64,000 bases of DNA, taken from positions 661 through 64,660 of the forward strand of contig JAJZAT010000018.1 of the NCBI GenBank assembly GCA_021799275.1. Direction: 5' to 3'. The DNA comes from Bacillota bacterium. GTDB taxonomy: Bacteria > Bacillota > Sulfobacillia > JAJZYS01 > JAJYTV01. The notes beneath the pieces were generated by a model that did no database searches, was not told where the DNA came from, and saw nothing but the letters and a program-made list of their open reading frames with translations. The first letter of the stretch is position 1. Every line of letters begins with the position of its first letter. Below, piece by piece: positions 46,672 through 55,842 of the stretch. A program made the position numbers and the translations under genes.

Positions 46672-47195
46672 GCCTGGGCCACCTCCTCGGGTGACGGCAT
46701 CGCCGGCGCCATCGGGCGCCCACCCATGCGGATCTTCTTCTGCAGCTGCATGACGGCCTCGAGCAGTCCCTCCGGTGTCGGCGGGCAGCCCGGGACGTAG
46801 ATGTCCACCGGCACGACGCGGTCCACGCCCTGCACGATGGCATAGTTGTTGAACACGCCACCGACGGACGCGCAGGCGCCCATGGCGATGACCCACTTCG
46901 GCTCAGGCATCTGGTCGTAGAGCTCACGCACGATCGGCGCCATCTTCTGCGAGACGCGCCCGGCGACGATCATGACATCCGCCTGCCTGGGCGACGCGCG
47001 CATCACCTCGGCACCGAAGCGCGACAGGTCGAACCGGGAGGCAGCCGTCGCCATCATCTCGATGGCGCAGCATGCCAGCCCGAACTGCGCCGGCCACAGA
47101 GAGCCGGACTGTGCCCACTGCGCGAGCTTCTTCACGCTCGCAAAAAGGATGGGGCGATCCTCTACTCCTGCCACTGGAATCCTCCTCTCTTCCAC
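46668..47195 (-). CDS. nuoB: NADH-quinone oxidoreductase subunit B
   Basis: [23 protein letters not shown]. Confidence 0.97.
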   Translation of the reverse strand: MEERRIPVAGVEDRPILFASVKKLAQWAQSGSLWPAQFGLACCAIEMMATAASRFDLSRFGAEVMRASPRQADVMIVAGRVSQKMAPIVRELYDQMPEPKWVIAMGACASVGGVFNNYAIVQGVDRVVPVDIYVPGCPPTPEGLLEAVMQLQKKIRMGGRPMAPAMPSPEEVAQA

Positions 47196-47521
47196 ACGTA
47201 CGCATAGCCGATGGCCAGCACGATGATGAAGAGGACCATCTCCATGAGGCCGAAGAGGCGGAGCTTGTGCATCATCACGGCCCAGGGGTAAAACGACACC
47301 GCCTCGACGTCGAAGATCATGAAGAGCATCGCGACGAGGTAAAACTTGACGGAGAACCGGGGACCGACCGACGTCTCAGGAATGATGCCGCACTCGTACG
47401 TCGCCAGCTTCTTGGCCGACGGCTTGCGCGGTCCGAGCATGCGGGACGCGCCGAGCACACCTGCCGTTATGACAAGTGCGATGGCAATGTACAAAGCGAT
47501 CGGAAAGTATTGCGAGAGCAT
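47162..47521 (-). CDS. nuoA: NADH-quinone oxidoreductase subunit A
   Basis: YECG, FDVE...YPWA. Confidence 0.96.
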   Translation of the reverse strand: MLSQYFPIALYIAIALVITAGVLGASRMLGPRKPSAKKLATYECGIIPETSVGPRFSVKFYLVAMLFMIFDVEAVSFYPWAVMMHKLRLFGLMEMVLFIIVLAIGYAYVWKRGGFQWQE

Positions 47522-48259
47522 GCGCCCACCCCCACCGTTCGGAGTCCAACGGACAGTGTATCACACGGCCAGAAGTGTGGGAACGCTAAGTGCTTGCCCC
47601 GAAAAGTGACCATTACCGCTGCCTGCGCGGTCGTGCCAATCGATGGGCCTGCGGATCGCCAGCCGCATACCCAACCAATATATGACTTATTTACTGATGA
47701 TTCTTGGGGCTATATCGGGGGACCCACGACACCCCTAGTACAGACCGATCGTATAGGACGGACTGTCCGTCCGCCTGCAAGTCGCCGCCGCCGTCTCGCG
47801 ATGAGCCGCCGGCGCCGCTGAAATGCGTTCCCAAAACGGGGCGGCCCGAAAGACAAAAACGACCCTAGTACAAGTCTATCACGGACAACAAGCAGTCCTG
47901 CCGACAGACTATGGTCGGGCATGGTCCTTGACCGTATCGAATTCTCGCAGGCCGGGAACCATCGCACATCTTCGCGCATGTCCTGCATGCGACGCATCCC
48001 GCATCTTTTTGGGCAAGGCACGAATCGGCGGTCGCATTTCCGTATTAAAGGGATGTTGCATGGCGGACGCTGCGGCGCAAGGACGGTCAGTCGATGGTTT
48101 CGTCATGGACGCCAGCCAAGGAGTGCTGCGGTCACGCCGGATCGGCGTCTTGTGCCACGATCCGGCGCGCACCGCAGATATGGGTCGACGCGTAGCCATA
48201 CGTCTGCAAGAATGTCATCTGGGTCATACCATACCCGCACCGCATGGGAGGGCGGATGT

Positions 48260-49177
48260 TTGGACCTGCTCGATCTCAGGCTCTTCAGCGCGGCCATGCG
48301 CAACGGCAGCCTGAGTCAGGCCGCCCGCGAGGCGCACTGCTCCCAGCCCACGGTCTCGCGCCGCATCCAGGCCCTCGAAGCCGAACTGGGCGCACAGCTC
48401 CTCGTGCGCGGCTCGCGCACGGTGAGTCCCACCCCTGCGGGGCTTGAGTTCCTCCATTTTGCCGAGACGGCACTCGCCGCCGAGGCCGACCTGCGGGCCA
48501 AGATCGAGCGGCCTTGGCTCCTGCGCGGCAACCTCCACGTGGCCGCCAGCACGACACCTGGCGAAGGGTTCGTGCCGGGCCTGCTGGCGGAATTCTCCCA
48601 GGGCCAGCCGGAGTTGCGGACTCAGCTTCACATCATGGATTCCCGCGCAGTGGAGGAATGCGTCCTGCTGGGTCACTGCGACGTCGGCTTCACCGGTCAT
48701 CCGCCCGCGCCGGGACTGCTCGGCTCGGAGGTGGTCGGGACCGACGAGATCGTGCTCGTGGTGGGTGGCGGCCACCCGTGGTACGACCGGGACGAGATGC
48801 CGGTCGACGTGCTCTGCCGGCAGGATTTCGTGGAACGTGGCGAGGGGTCCGGCACCCGCCGCACCGTCGAGGAAGCGTTGACGTCCGTCGCTCCGGCGTT
48901 CAAGGACCGCCGTGTCGTGCTCACCGTGTCCTCCGCCCAGGCCCTCTTGGCATCGGTGCGTTCCGGGGTCGGCTGCGGCTTCGTATCGCGCGCAAGCCTG
49001 GCCGGTTCGGCGGCGCCGGGTCTGCACGCGCTCAGGGTCGCAGGCGTACCGCTGCACCGCAGCATTCATCTCATCCTGCCGCCGCAGCCTACCGCCAAGG
49101 CTCTGGCCTTCGCCGCCTCCGTCCGTTTGCGCGCCTCGGGCCGCAAAAACCTTGGCGCGCCGCCCGTCGTCCTATAA
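48260..49177 (+). CDS. LysR family regulator (CysL/selenium-associated type)
   Basis: SLSQAAREAHCSQPTVSRRI; AASTTPGE; RGEGSGTR. Confidence 0.88.
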   Translation: MDLLDLRLFSAAMRNGSLSQAAREAHCSQPTVSRRIQALEAELGAQLLVRGSRTVSPTPAGLEFLHFAETALAAEADLRAKIERPWLLRGNLHVAASTTPGEGFVPGLLAEFSQGQPELRTQLHIMDSRAVEECVLLGHCDVGFTGHPPAPGLLGSEVVGTDEIVLVVGGGHPWYDRDEMPVDVLCRQDFVERGEGSGTRRTVEEALTSVAPAFKDRRVVLTVSSAQALLASVRSGVGCGFVSRASLAGSAAPGLHALRVAGVPLHRSIHLILPPQPTAKALAFAASVRLRASGRKNLGAPPVVL

Positions 49178-49202
49178 CCTTGTCGCAGGAGGGATCGCTC
49201 GA

Positions 49203-49445
49203 ATGGCCTACGTGATCGCGGAACCTTGCATCGGCACCAAGGACAAGTCCTGCGTCGACGTCTGCCCTGTCGATTGCATTCACGGCAAGGACGACGACCC
49301 GCAGCTTTACATCGATCCGGACGAATGCATCAATTGCGGTGCCTGCGAGGCGGTCTGCCCGGTCCAGGCCATCTTTGAGGAAGGAATGCTGCCGCCGCAG
49401 TGGGAGTCCTTCATCGAGGTCAACCGAGACTACTTCAAGAAGTAG
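49203..49445 (+). CDS. Dicluster ferredoxin (FdxA-like)
   Basis: C.....SCVDVCPVDC and CINCGACEAVCP. Confidence 0.93.
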   Translation: MAYVIAEPCIGTKDKSCVDVCPVDCIHGKDDDPQLYIDPDECINCGACEAVCPVQAIFEEGMLPPQWESFIEVNRDYFKK

Positions 49446-49446
49446 G

Positions 49447-49480
49447 GAACCGGGCACGGCAAAAGTCCGTGCCCGGTTCC
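49447..49480. terminator. Hairpin between convergent genes
   Basis: ggaaccgggcacgg...ccgtgcccggttcc. Confidence 0.65.
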
Positions 49481-49493
49481 TTCAAGGTCGAAT

Positions 49494-50186
49494 TCAGATG
49501 TCCCGGCCCGCCATGGCTACGCGCAGGAAGCCTTCGGCTCCCGCGTGGCCGAGCACCTCGTCGAAACCCTCCGCGCCGCGGCGCTCGAGACCCTTCGCGA
49601 AGTAGCGCAGCACCTTGGACTTGACCGTCATGGGCCCCGCGCCGAACGCCTCCATCTCCGCGACGCCGAGACGCACCTGGCTCGCGCCTTCGGGCAGCCA
49701 GCCGAGCCCGTGCGTACCCGTCAGGTAGATGCGCTTGCCCGGCAGGGGTTCATCGCCCGGCAGGTCGGCGGCGGCGCGGTAGCTCTTGCCGAGCAGGGAG
49801 AGCACGAGCGGGTAGTCGGCGCTCGCGGCGCGCACCGCCGCGGGCAGGCCAAGGTGCTCCCCGCGCCAGCGCGCCTCCTCCGGGCTGACATCACCGAACG
49901 AGACGTCGTACGGCACGACCTCGAAGTCCTCGGAGATCACGCCGTAGGCCGCGGAAACAATCAGGACGCCCACCGCGTCCTGGCCAAACGTCGCGCGCAG
50001 ATTTGCCACCGCCTCGAATGCCTCGAGAAAGAGCGGCGAGGTGAACATGTCCCGGGCCGGCCGCTTGTGGGCCTTCAGTTCATCGGTGCGACGCCCGAGG
50101 CGCCCCTGGTCCAGGAAGTCCTGCCATGTCAGCGGGTCTTGCGGCGTCTCGGCCTTCTGCCGCGTGCAACCCAGGAGCAGGAGCAT
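49494..50186 (-). CDS. DUF6884/YaaA-like protein
   Basis: LLGCTRQK, PARDMF, IVSAAYGVI, PYDVSF, LGKSY motifs. Confidence 0.65.
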   Translation of the reverse strand: MLLLLGCTRQKAETPQDPLTWQDFLDQGRLGRRTDELKAHKRPARDMFTSPLFLEAFEAVANLRATFGQDAVGVLIVSAAYGVISEDFEVVPYDVSFGDVSPEEARWRGEHLGLPAAVRAASADYPLVLSLLGKSYRAAADLPGDEPLPGKRIYLTGTHGLGWLPEGASQVRLGVAEMEAFGAGPMTVKSKVLRYFAKGLERRGAEGFDEVLGHAGAEGFLRVAMAGRDI

Positions 50187-50397
50187 CCTCGGGCCCTGCG
50201 GCCCGCCAGCGCCGACGGCGTCGGCTTGCGGCAGCATCCTGCCGCACCGGAGCTCCCCCGGGACATCACCGGCAGTGTCCAGCTTTACCATTGGACGTGC
50301 CTCCTTCACCCAAATCGCGCGGGTGACTTGTCTTGGCGTTCGCCATCGGCACCTCAGTACCTTTCGCATGACGGCAACTTTCAGGGAGGTACCCATT

Positions 50398-50901
50398 GTG
50401 GACCCAGGCGACGTCCTTCCGGACGTACTGAGCCCCGGTCTGAAGGTCGTGTTCTGCGGCAGCGCCGCGGGTACCCGTTCGGCGGCGGTCGGCGCCTATT
50501 ACGCCGGACCGGGCAACCGCTTCTGGCCGCTCCTGCACGAACTCGGCCTGACGCCGCGCCGGCTGCGGCCCGAGGAGTTTCGGGACGTGCTCCAGTATGG
50601 CATCGGCCTGACCGATCTGGCCAAGAAGGTGTGGGGCGCCGACGTCGTCCTGCCGAAGGGCAGCGATGACCCGGCCGGTCTGCGCGAGCGCATCCTCGCC
50701 GCACGCCCAGGGGTGCTCGCCTTCAATGGCAAGCGCCCGGCGCAGGCCTTCCTCGGGTGCAGGGCCACGTGCGGGCTGCAGCCGGAAACCCTCGGCGAAA
50801 CAAGGATCTTCGTGCTGCCGTCGACAAGCCGCGCCAACGTCCACTTCGCCACGGACGAACCTGCCTGGCGCGACCTCGCCCGGTACCTCGAGCGACCTTG
50901 A
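50398..50901 (+). CDS. mug: Mismatch-specific uracil-DNA glycosylase
   Basis: VVFCG, YYAGPGNRFW, IGLTDL, VLPSTS. Confidence 0.88.
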   Translation: MDPGDVLPDVLSPGLKVVFCGSAAGTRSAAVGAYYAGPGNRFWPLLHELGLTPRRLRPEEFRDVLQYGIGLTDLAKKVWGADVVLPKGSDDPAGLRERILAARPGVLAFNGKRPAQAFLGCRATCGLQPETLGETRIFVLPSTSRANVHFATDEPAWRDLARYLERP

Positions 50902-50974
50902 TCACTGGCGACCTTGCGGACGCGAAGGGAGTTCCCGCGGCCCATGCCGCGGGGACTCCCTTCGTCGCGTGCCG

Positions 50975-53224
50975 TCAGGGCATCTGCTGCCAGGTCCGGC
51001 CGCCATCGGTGGTGCGATAGAGGCTGCCGATGCCCATCAGCCAGCCGTCGCTGGCCGTCGGGAACTGCATCCCTAGTTGCGTCGAGAAGTCCTGGAGGGT
51101 CATCCGCGTCGTGGAGGCGGTCCAAGTCTTGCCGCCGTCCCGCGTGGCGTACACGACCGTCGTCGCGTTCTGGCTGTACGGGTTTTCCTGCATCGCGACC
51201 CAGCCCACCTGGCTGCTGAGGAAGTAGACGGCCGCCCCCTGACCGCTGCTCTGCCAGGTGTGGACGACGTCGTAGCTCTTGCCGCCGTCGATGGTTCGCG
51301 CGAGGGTCACCGTGCTGGGCTCGGACGAGCTGGCGGCAGGTACCGTCAGGAGCCTGAAGCCTTCGCCCTTCAGGAACGCGAACTGCTGGAACGTCCCCGG
51401 CGTGGCCGGCTGGCTCGAAAGCGTGGTCCAGGTCTTGCCGCCGTCCTGCGTCGCTGAGAGCGCCACGTTCGGGTAGGTCTCGGTCTGCATGATGCCCTGC
51501 TGGGCGCTCGAGAAGCCGAGGTATTCGTTCGGTCCGAGCAGGGCCCCGTTTGCAAGCGGCTGGCTCGACTGCGTCCGCCACGTGCGTCCTCCGTCCGTCG
51601 TCTTCACGAGCGTGACCGACTGCCCGTTCTGCGCCGCGAGGAGCATGTAGCCGACCTTTGGGCTGACGAACGACATCGCCTGCACGGGCTCCTTCGCGCG
51701 GTAGACCTCATGCCAGCTGTTGCCGCCGTCCGTCGTCGCCAGCACGGCTTGCGGGTCCGAGGTCAGGCCGACGCCGAAGCCGTGCCGGGCGTTCGGAAAG
51801 TCCACCTGCTGCGTCGGCGCCAGGGAGGGCAGGAGCTGCGTCCAGGTCTTGCCCCCGTCCGTCGTCTTGACGAGGAACCCGGCCTGCACCGAGCCGCCGC
51901 CCCCCACCGCGTAGCCCACCTCGGGCGACACCATCGAGACGCCGTTCAGGCTCCAGTTCAGGTTCTCCGCCGATTGCGACCACGTCCTGCCGCCGTCGCG
52001 CGTGATCATCAGGCCGCCGGGATAGGGCGCAGCGCCCTCGTTGATCGGCAGCCAGCCCACCTTCGTCGTGATGAACGTGGGCGGTCCGTAGACGGTGCGT
52101 CCCTGCGCGAAGTTGTTCGTGCCGGACTGCGTGCCCTGCTCGAGCGTCCAGTGCTGGCCGCCGTCGGTCGTCTGGTAGAGGTAGCCGCCGAAGGTCGCGG
52201 AGTCCTTGAAGAAGAACCAGCCTTCCTGGGCGCTTGCGAAGCTGACCGCGTCCGAGTAGGTCCAGTAGTTCTGGTCGGGCGCCGTGAACGACGTCTGCCA
52301 CGTCTGGCCGCCGTCCTGCGTCCCGATGAGCTCGGCCCGGCACCCGGCGCCGCCCGCGGTGCCCGGCTGAGGCGTCGTCTGGCAGACCTGCCCCGCCACA
52401 AAGCCGGTGCGCGGCGTCAGGAAGTCCATGTGCACCGGCGCGAAGCCTTGCGGCAGGGTGAGCGCCGCGAAACTCTTGCCGCCGCTCGTGGAGCTCAGGA
52501 TCTTGTCACCGACGTAGGCGTAGACCTGGCCGCCGAAGACCTGGAAGGCCACCCGCATCTGGACGGTGCCGTTGAGGATCGCCTGCGGCCCCGGCTCGCT
52601 CCAGGCGACGCGCCAGCTCTTCCCGCCGTCCTGGGTCGTGAGGATGGCAAGCGGCACCACCTGGGACGCGGCGCCGGTCTGGCCGAGCCCCGTCTGCTGC
52701 GCGAGTACGTAGCCCGTGCCCTGGTGATCCCCCGTAAACCTCAACGCCAAGGCCGTGTAGTCCTTGGGCAGCATCCGTTCCACCCACGACTTTCCGCCGT
52801 CGCTTGTTGTGAGAAGGGCGTTGCGTGATCCGTAGCCGCCGGTCGCCGCCACCACCCAGCCGCGCTGCGCGCTGACGAAGTCGACCGCCTCGGCGCCGCC
52901 GATCACGATCGGCTTGCCGGTGCCGCTGCTGCGCAGCACTGTCTGCCCCTTGTGGTGGTGCGACGCCTGCTGCGGCTTCCCGGCGAGATGCGCGGCGAAC
53001 GGGATGGCCACCAGGACGACGAGCAAGACCGCCGCCCAGTAGAACCAGCGCGTCTGTCCGCCGTGGCCCCTTGGGCGTCTCCTTGCCCCGCGCCGCCCAC
53101 CCTCGCTGCGCTCCAGCATCAGCTTCGAGAGCAGCTTCGGATCGCTCGGCCCGACCTCGTGGTCGATCGCCCCGCCAAGACCCCTAAGGCGCTCCTCGAA
53201 GCGCTCGTCGTCTCTAGCGTCCAT
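50975..53224 (-). CDS. Membrane-anchored BNR/Ycf48-repeat beta-propeller, probable anti-sigma factor
   Basis: Short cytoplasmic N-terminus, TM, about a dozen T.DGG.TW Asp-box repeats; overlaps the ECF sigma gene. Confidence 0.8.
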   Translation of the reverse strand: MDARDDERFEERLRGLGGAIDHEVGPSDPKLLSKLMLERSEGGRRGARRRPRGHGGQTRWFYWAAVLLVVLVAIPFAAHLAGKPQQASHHHKGQTVLRSSGTGKPIVIGGAEAVDFVSAQRGWVVAATGGYGSRNALLTTSDGGKSWVERMLPKDYTALALRFTGDHQGTGYVLAQQTGLGQTGAASQVVPLAILTTQDGGKSWRVAWSEPGPQAILNGTVQMRVAFQVFGGQVYAYVGDKILSSTSGGKSFAALTLPQGFAPVHMDFLTPRTGFVAGQVCQTTPQPGTAGGAGCRAELIGTQDGGQTWQTSFTAPDQNYWTYSDAVSFASAQEGWFFFKDSATFGGYLYQTTDGGQHWTLEQGTQSGTNNFAQGRTVYGPPTFITTKVGWLPINEGAAPYPGGLMITRDGGRTWSQSAENLNWSLNGVSMVSPEVGYAVGGGGSVQAGFLVKTTDGGKTWTQLLPSLAPTQQVDFPNARHGFGVGLTSDPQAVLATTDGGNSWHEVYRAKEPVQAMSFVSPKVGYMLLAAQNGQSVTLVKTTDGGRTWRTQSSQPLANGALLGPNEYLGFSSAQQGIMQTETYPNVALSATQDGGKTWTTLSSQPATPGTFQQFAFLKGEGFRLLTVPAASSSEPSTVTLARTIDGGKSYDVVHTWQSSGQGAAVYFLSSQVGWVAMQENPYSQNATTVVYATRDGGKTWTASTTRMTLQDFSTQLGMQFPTASDGWLMGIGSLYRTTDGGRTWQQMP

Positions 53225-53714
53225 TCGAGATACCCTCCTCGGTCTGGAGAAGCGACCTGAGATGTGCACGGCCGCGATGCAGGATGCTCTTCACGGCCCC
53301 CGTACGCTTTTGCAGCACGCGCGCGATGTCGACGAGCGGCAGATCGAGTCCATAATGAAGAAGGATGGCTTCGCGTTCCGGGTCGGGCAGGCGCCTGAGG
53401 GCGTTCATCAGATCCGGGTCGCCTGCCGCCGCGGGCGGCGCCGGGCGGTCCGGCACGTCGTCCCGCAGTTCCTCGAGGCGCCTCGAACGCCTGCGTTGCC
53501 AGTCGCGTGCCGCATTGAGCGCGATTGTCACGAGGAGCGGCACCGAATATTCCGGACGCTCGCCGTCGATATAACGCAGATAGCGGAGCCACGCCTCCTG
53601 CGCCGCATCGCGCGCGAGCTCCGAGTCGCCCAGCACGCCGTAGCACAGGCGCAGCACGCGACGCTCCTCGCTGCGGTAGAAGCGTTCGAACTCCTCGCCG
53701 CGGTTTTCGTGCAC
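53214..53714 (-). CDS. ECF RNA polymerase sigma factor
   Basis: ARDAAQEAW, IALN.ARD, ALRRLP...REAI.L, IA..L...GAVKS.LHR. Confidence 0.9.
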   Translation of the reverse strand: MHENRGEEFERFYRSEERRVLRLCYGVLGDSELARDAAQEAWLRYLRYIDGERPEYSVPLLVTIALNAARDWQRRRSRRLEELRDDVPDRPAPPAAAGDPDLMNALRRLPDPEREAILLHYGLDLPLVDIARVLQKRTGAVKSILHRGRAHLRSLLQTEEGISNGR

Positions 53715-53839
53715 GTTTGTCCCCCCGCTCCAACCCTCGGGCACAAGGTAGAACGCCCGGGCGATCCCTATGGTTGCACGGCATGCGCCCGACGCCACGC
53801 TATGCTATCGTCGAAGCCAACAAATCCGTTGGAGGAACC

Positions 53840-54793
53840 ATGAGCGAAAGACCGCTGACCGCCGCGCGGGGCTTTGATCCGCGCATTGCCCTGGTCCTCG
53901 AGGAGGTGGGGCGCCGCGTCGTCGGCAAGGAGGATGCGGCGCTCGCCATCGTCTGCGCCATCCTGGCCGGCGGGCACATCCTGATCGAGGACGTGCCCGG
54001 CGTCGGCAAGACGCTGCTCGCGAAGAGCGTGGCCGAGGCCCTCGACCTCCGCTTCCATCGCGTCCAGGCGACCTCGGACCTCTTGCCGGCCGACGTCGTC
54101 GGCGTGCACATCTATGATCCCGAGCAGCGGTCCTTCACGTTCCGCCCTGGCCCCATCTTCGCCGAACTGCTGCTCGTCGACGAGCTCAATCGCGCTTCGC
54201 CGCGCGCGCAGTCCGCCTTGCTCGAGGCGATGGAAGAGGGACAGGCCACGGTGGAGGGGCATTCCTACCCGCTGCCGGAGCCATTCACCGTGCTTGCGAC
54301 GCAGAACCCCGCCGAGCACGAAGGCACATTCCCGCTGCCGCTCTCGGAACTGGACCGCTTCCTCTTCCGCATCCACCTCGACTACCCGAGCGCGGAGGAG
54401 GAGGACCTCCTGCTCGAACGCATGGGCGCAGAGATCCGGCCGCAGCCGCTCAAGGCCGTCCTCGGCAGGGGCGAGATCCTCGATCTGCGGCGGGCGGCTT
54501 TCGCGACGCACGTCGCGCCGTCGGTGCGCGGCTACGTCCAGGCGCTCGTCCGCGCGACGCGCGTCCATCCCGAAGTGGTGCTCGGCGCGAGTCCGCGCGC
54601 GGGTGTCGCGCTGTTGCGCGCGGCGCGGGTCTGGGCCTTCCTGCATGGACGCGGCCATGTGCTGCCCGACGACGTGCGCGCCCTCTCGCCATGGGTGCTC
54701 GGCCACCGCCTGCGCTGCCGCTCGGGCAGCGCAGGCGCGTGCCTGCGCGAGATCATCGCCGCCCTGCCCCTGCCCCGCAGCCTGCAACCGTGA
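53840..54793 (+). CDS. MoxR family AAA+ ATPase
   Basis: EDVPGVGKT, DLLPAD, DELNRA, ATQNP, GASPR. Confidence 0.95.
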   Translation: MSERPLTAARGFDPRIALVLEEVGRRVVGKEDAALAIVCAILAGGHILIEDVPGVGKTLLAKSVAEALDLRFHRVQATSDLLPADVVGVHIYDPEQRSFTFRPGPIFAELLLVDELNRASPRAQSALLEAMEEGQATVEGHSYPLPEPFTVLATQNPAEHEGTFPLPLSELDRFLFRIHLDYPSAEEEDLLLERMGAEIRPQPLKAVLGRGEILDLRRAAFATHVAPSVRGYVQALVRATRVHPEVVLGASPRAGVALLRAARVWAFLHGRGHVLPDDVRALSPWVLGHRLRCRSGSAGACLREIIAALPLPRSLQP

Positions 54794-55842
54794 GGTTCCC
54801 GCGTCTGCGCGGTCCCGGCATCTGGCCGTGGCTGGCTCTGCTGGCGGCGGGCTTCCTGGCCGGCGGCAGGCTTGGCGCCGGCATCGTCGCCGTAACCGGC
54901 ATCGCGGGAGTGCTTGCGGTGAGTGCCGCCCTGGCTCCCGGCCGCGACCCGCAAGCGAACCTGCGCCGCATCCTGCCGTCCGACCCGCCGACCGCCGGCG
55001 ACGACGTCAAGGTTCGTCTCGAGGGGCGCCTCAGTCTAGGCTGGCCTCTCGCCCTTCTGCGCCTCGCGGACGCGCCACCCCCGCCGCTGCACGGCGCGCA
55101 CGGGCCATGGCTGCTCGGCGGGAACCTGAGCGTCGCCTACACCCTGAGAGCCGTACCCCGCGGCGTTTACCGCTTCCGCCGCTGTCAGGCCACGTTGCGC
55201 GATGGACTCGGCCTCCTTGAGCGCAGCATCGACCTCGCGCTGCCGGGCCAGCTCGTCGTCTATCCCGCCCGCATCACCCTGCCAGCGCCCCGGCGGCAGA
55301 CGCAGGCGTCCGGTTCGGAGGAGGTGGCGCGAGGCACCCGGGACTTCCTGCCCGGCGACCGTCCGAGCAGGCTGCACGCGGCCCGCACCGCCCAGCGCGG
55401 CTACCCGCAGGTACGGGAGTCGACCCCACCGCCCGAGCAGGCGCGCACCTTGCAGATCTACTGCCCCGACGCGACGGCGGGCGACATCGAGCTTGCCATC
55501 TCGGTCGCCGCTTCGCTTGCGGAAGCCCTGCTCGACTCCGGCCTGCGCGTCGGTCTCTGCCTGAAGGACTCGAGCCTGCCTCCCGCGCGTGGCCCCGAAC
55601 AGCGAAGCCGCATCCTTCTCGAACTGTCGAGAACCTCCGCCGCGGACCTGGCCGGCGCCGAAGCGCCACCGCCCCTGCCTGACGCTCACGGCGAGCCATG
55701 GCTGATCCTGGGCGGCAGCGCCGCCCTGCGGCCCGACCCACCGGCGCCGGGCACGGTCCTGCGCGTCGGAGCGCAGCTTGGTCCGGGAGCCGTGACAAGC
55801 CTGGACGATCTCGTTACGTGGGCAGGGAGGGCGGAATCGTGA
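54790..55842 (+). CDS. DUF58 domain protein
   Basis: RGVY, D.LGL, VYP, RDFLPGD; MoxR operon context. Confidence 0.8.
   Translation: MRFPRLRGPGIWPWLALLAAGFLAGGRLGAGIVAVTGIAGVLAVSAALAPGRDPQANLRRILPSDPPTAGDDVKVRLEGRLSLGWPLALLRLADAPPPPLHGAHGPWLLGGNLSVAYTLRAVPRGVYRFRRCQATLRDGLGLLERSIDLALPGQLVVYPARITLPAPRRQTQASGSEEVARGTRDFLPGDRPSRLHAARTAQRGYPQVRESTPPPEQARTLQIYCPDATAGDIELAISVAASLAEALLDSGLRVGLCLKDSSLPPARGPEQRSRILLELSRTSAADLAGAEAPPPLPDAHGEPWLILGGSAALRPDPPAPGTVLRVGAQLGPGAVTSLDDLVTWAGRAES

Noticed and set aside
50975-52860. Recurring ccgccgtc-type repeats as a possible CRISPR or DNA repeat array
   Set aside because: They encode T.DGG.TW Asp-boxes in frame; spacing is irregular and there are no cas genes. 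No CRISPR array was seen anywhere in the window
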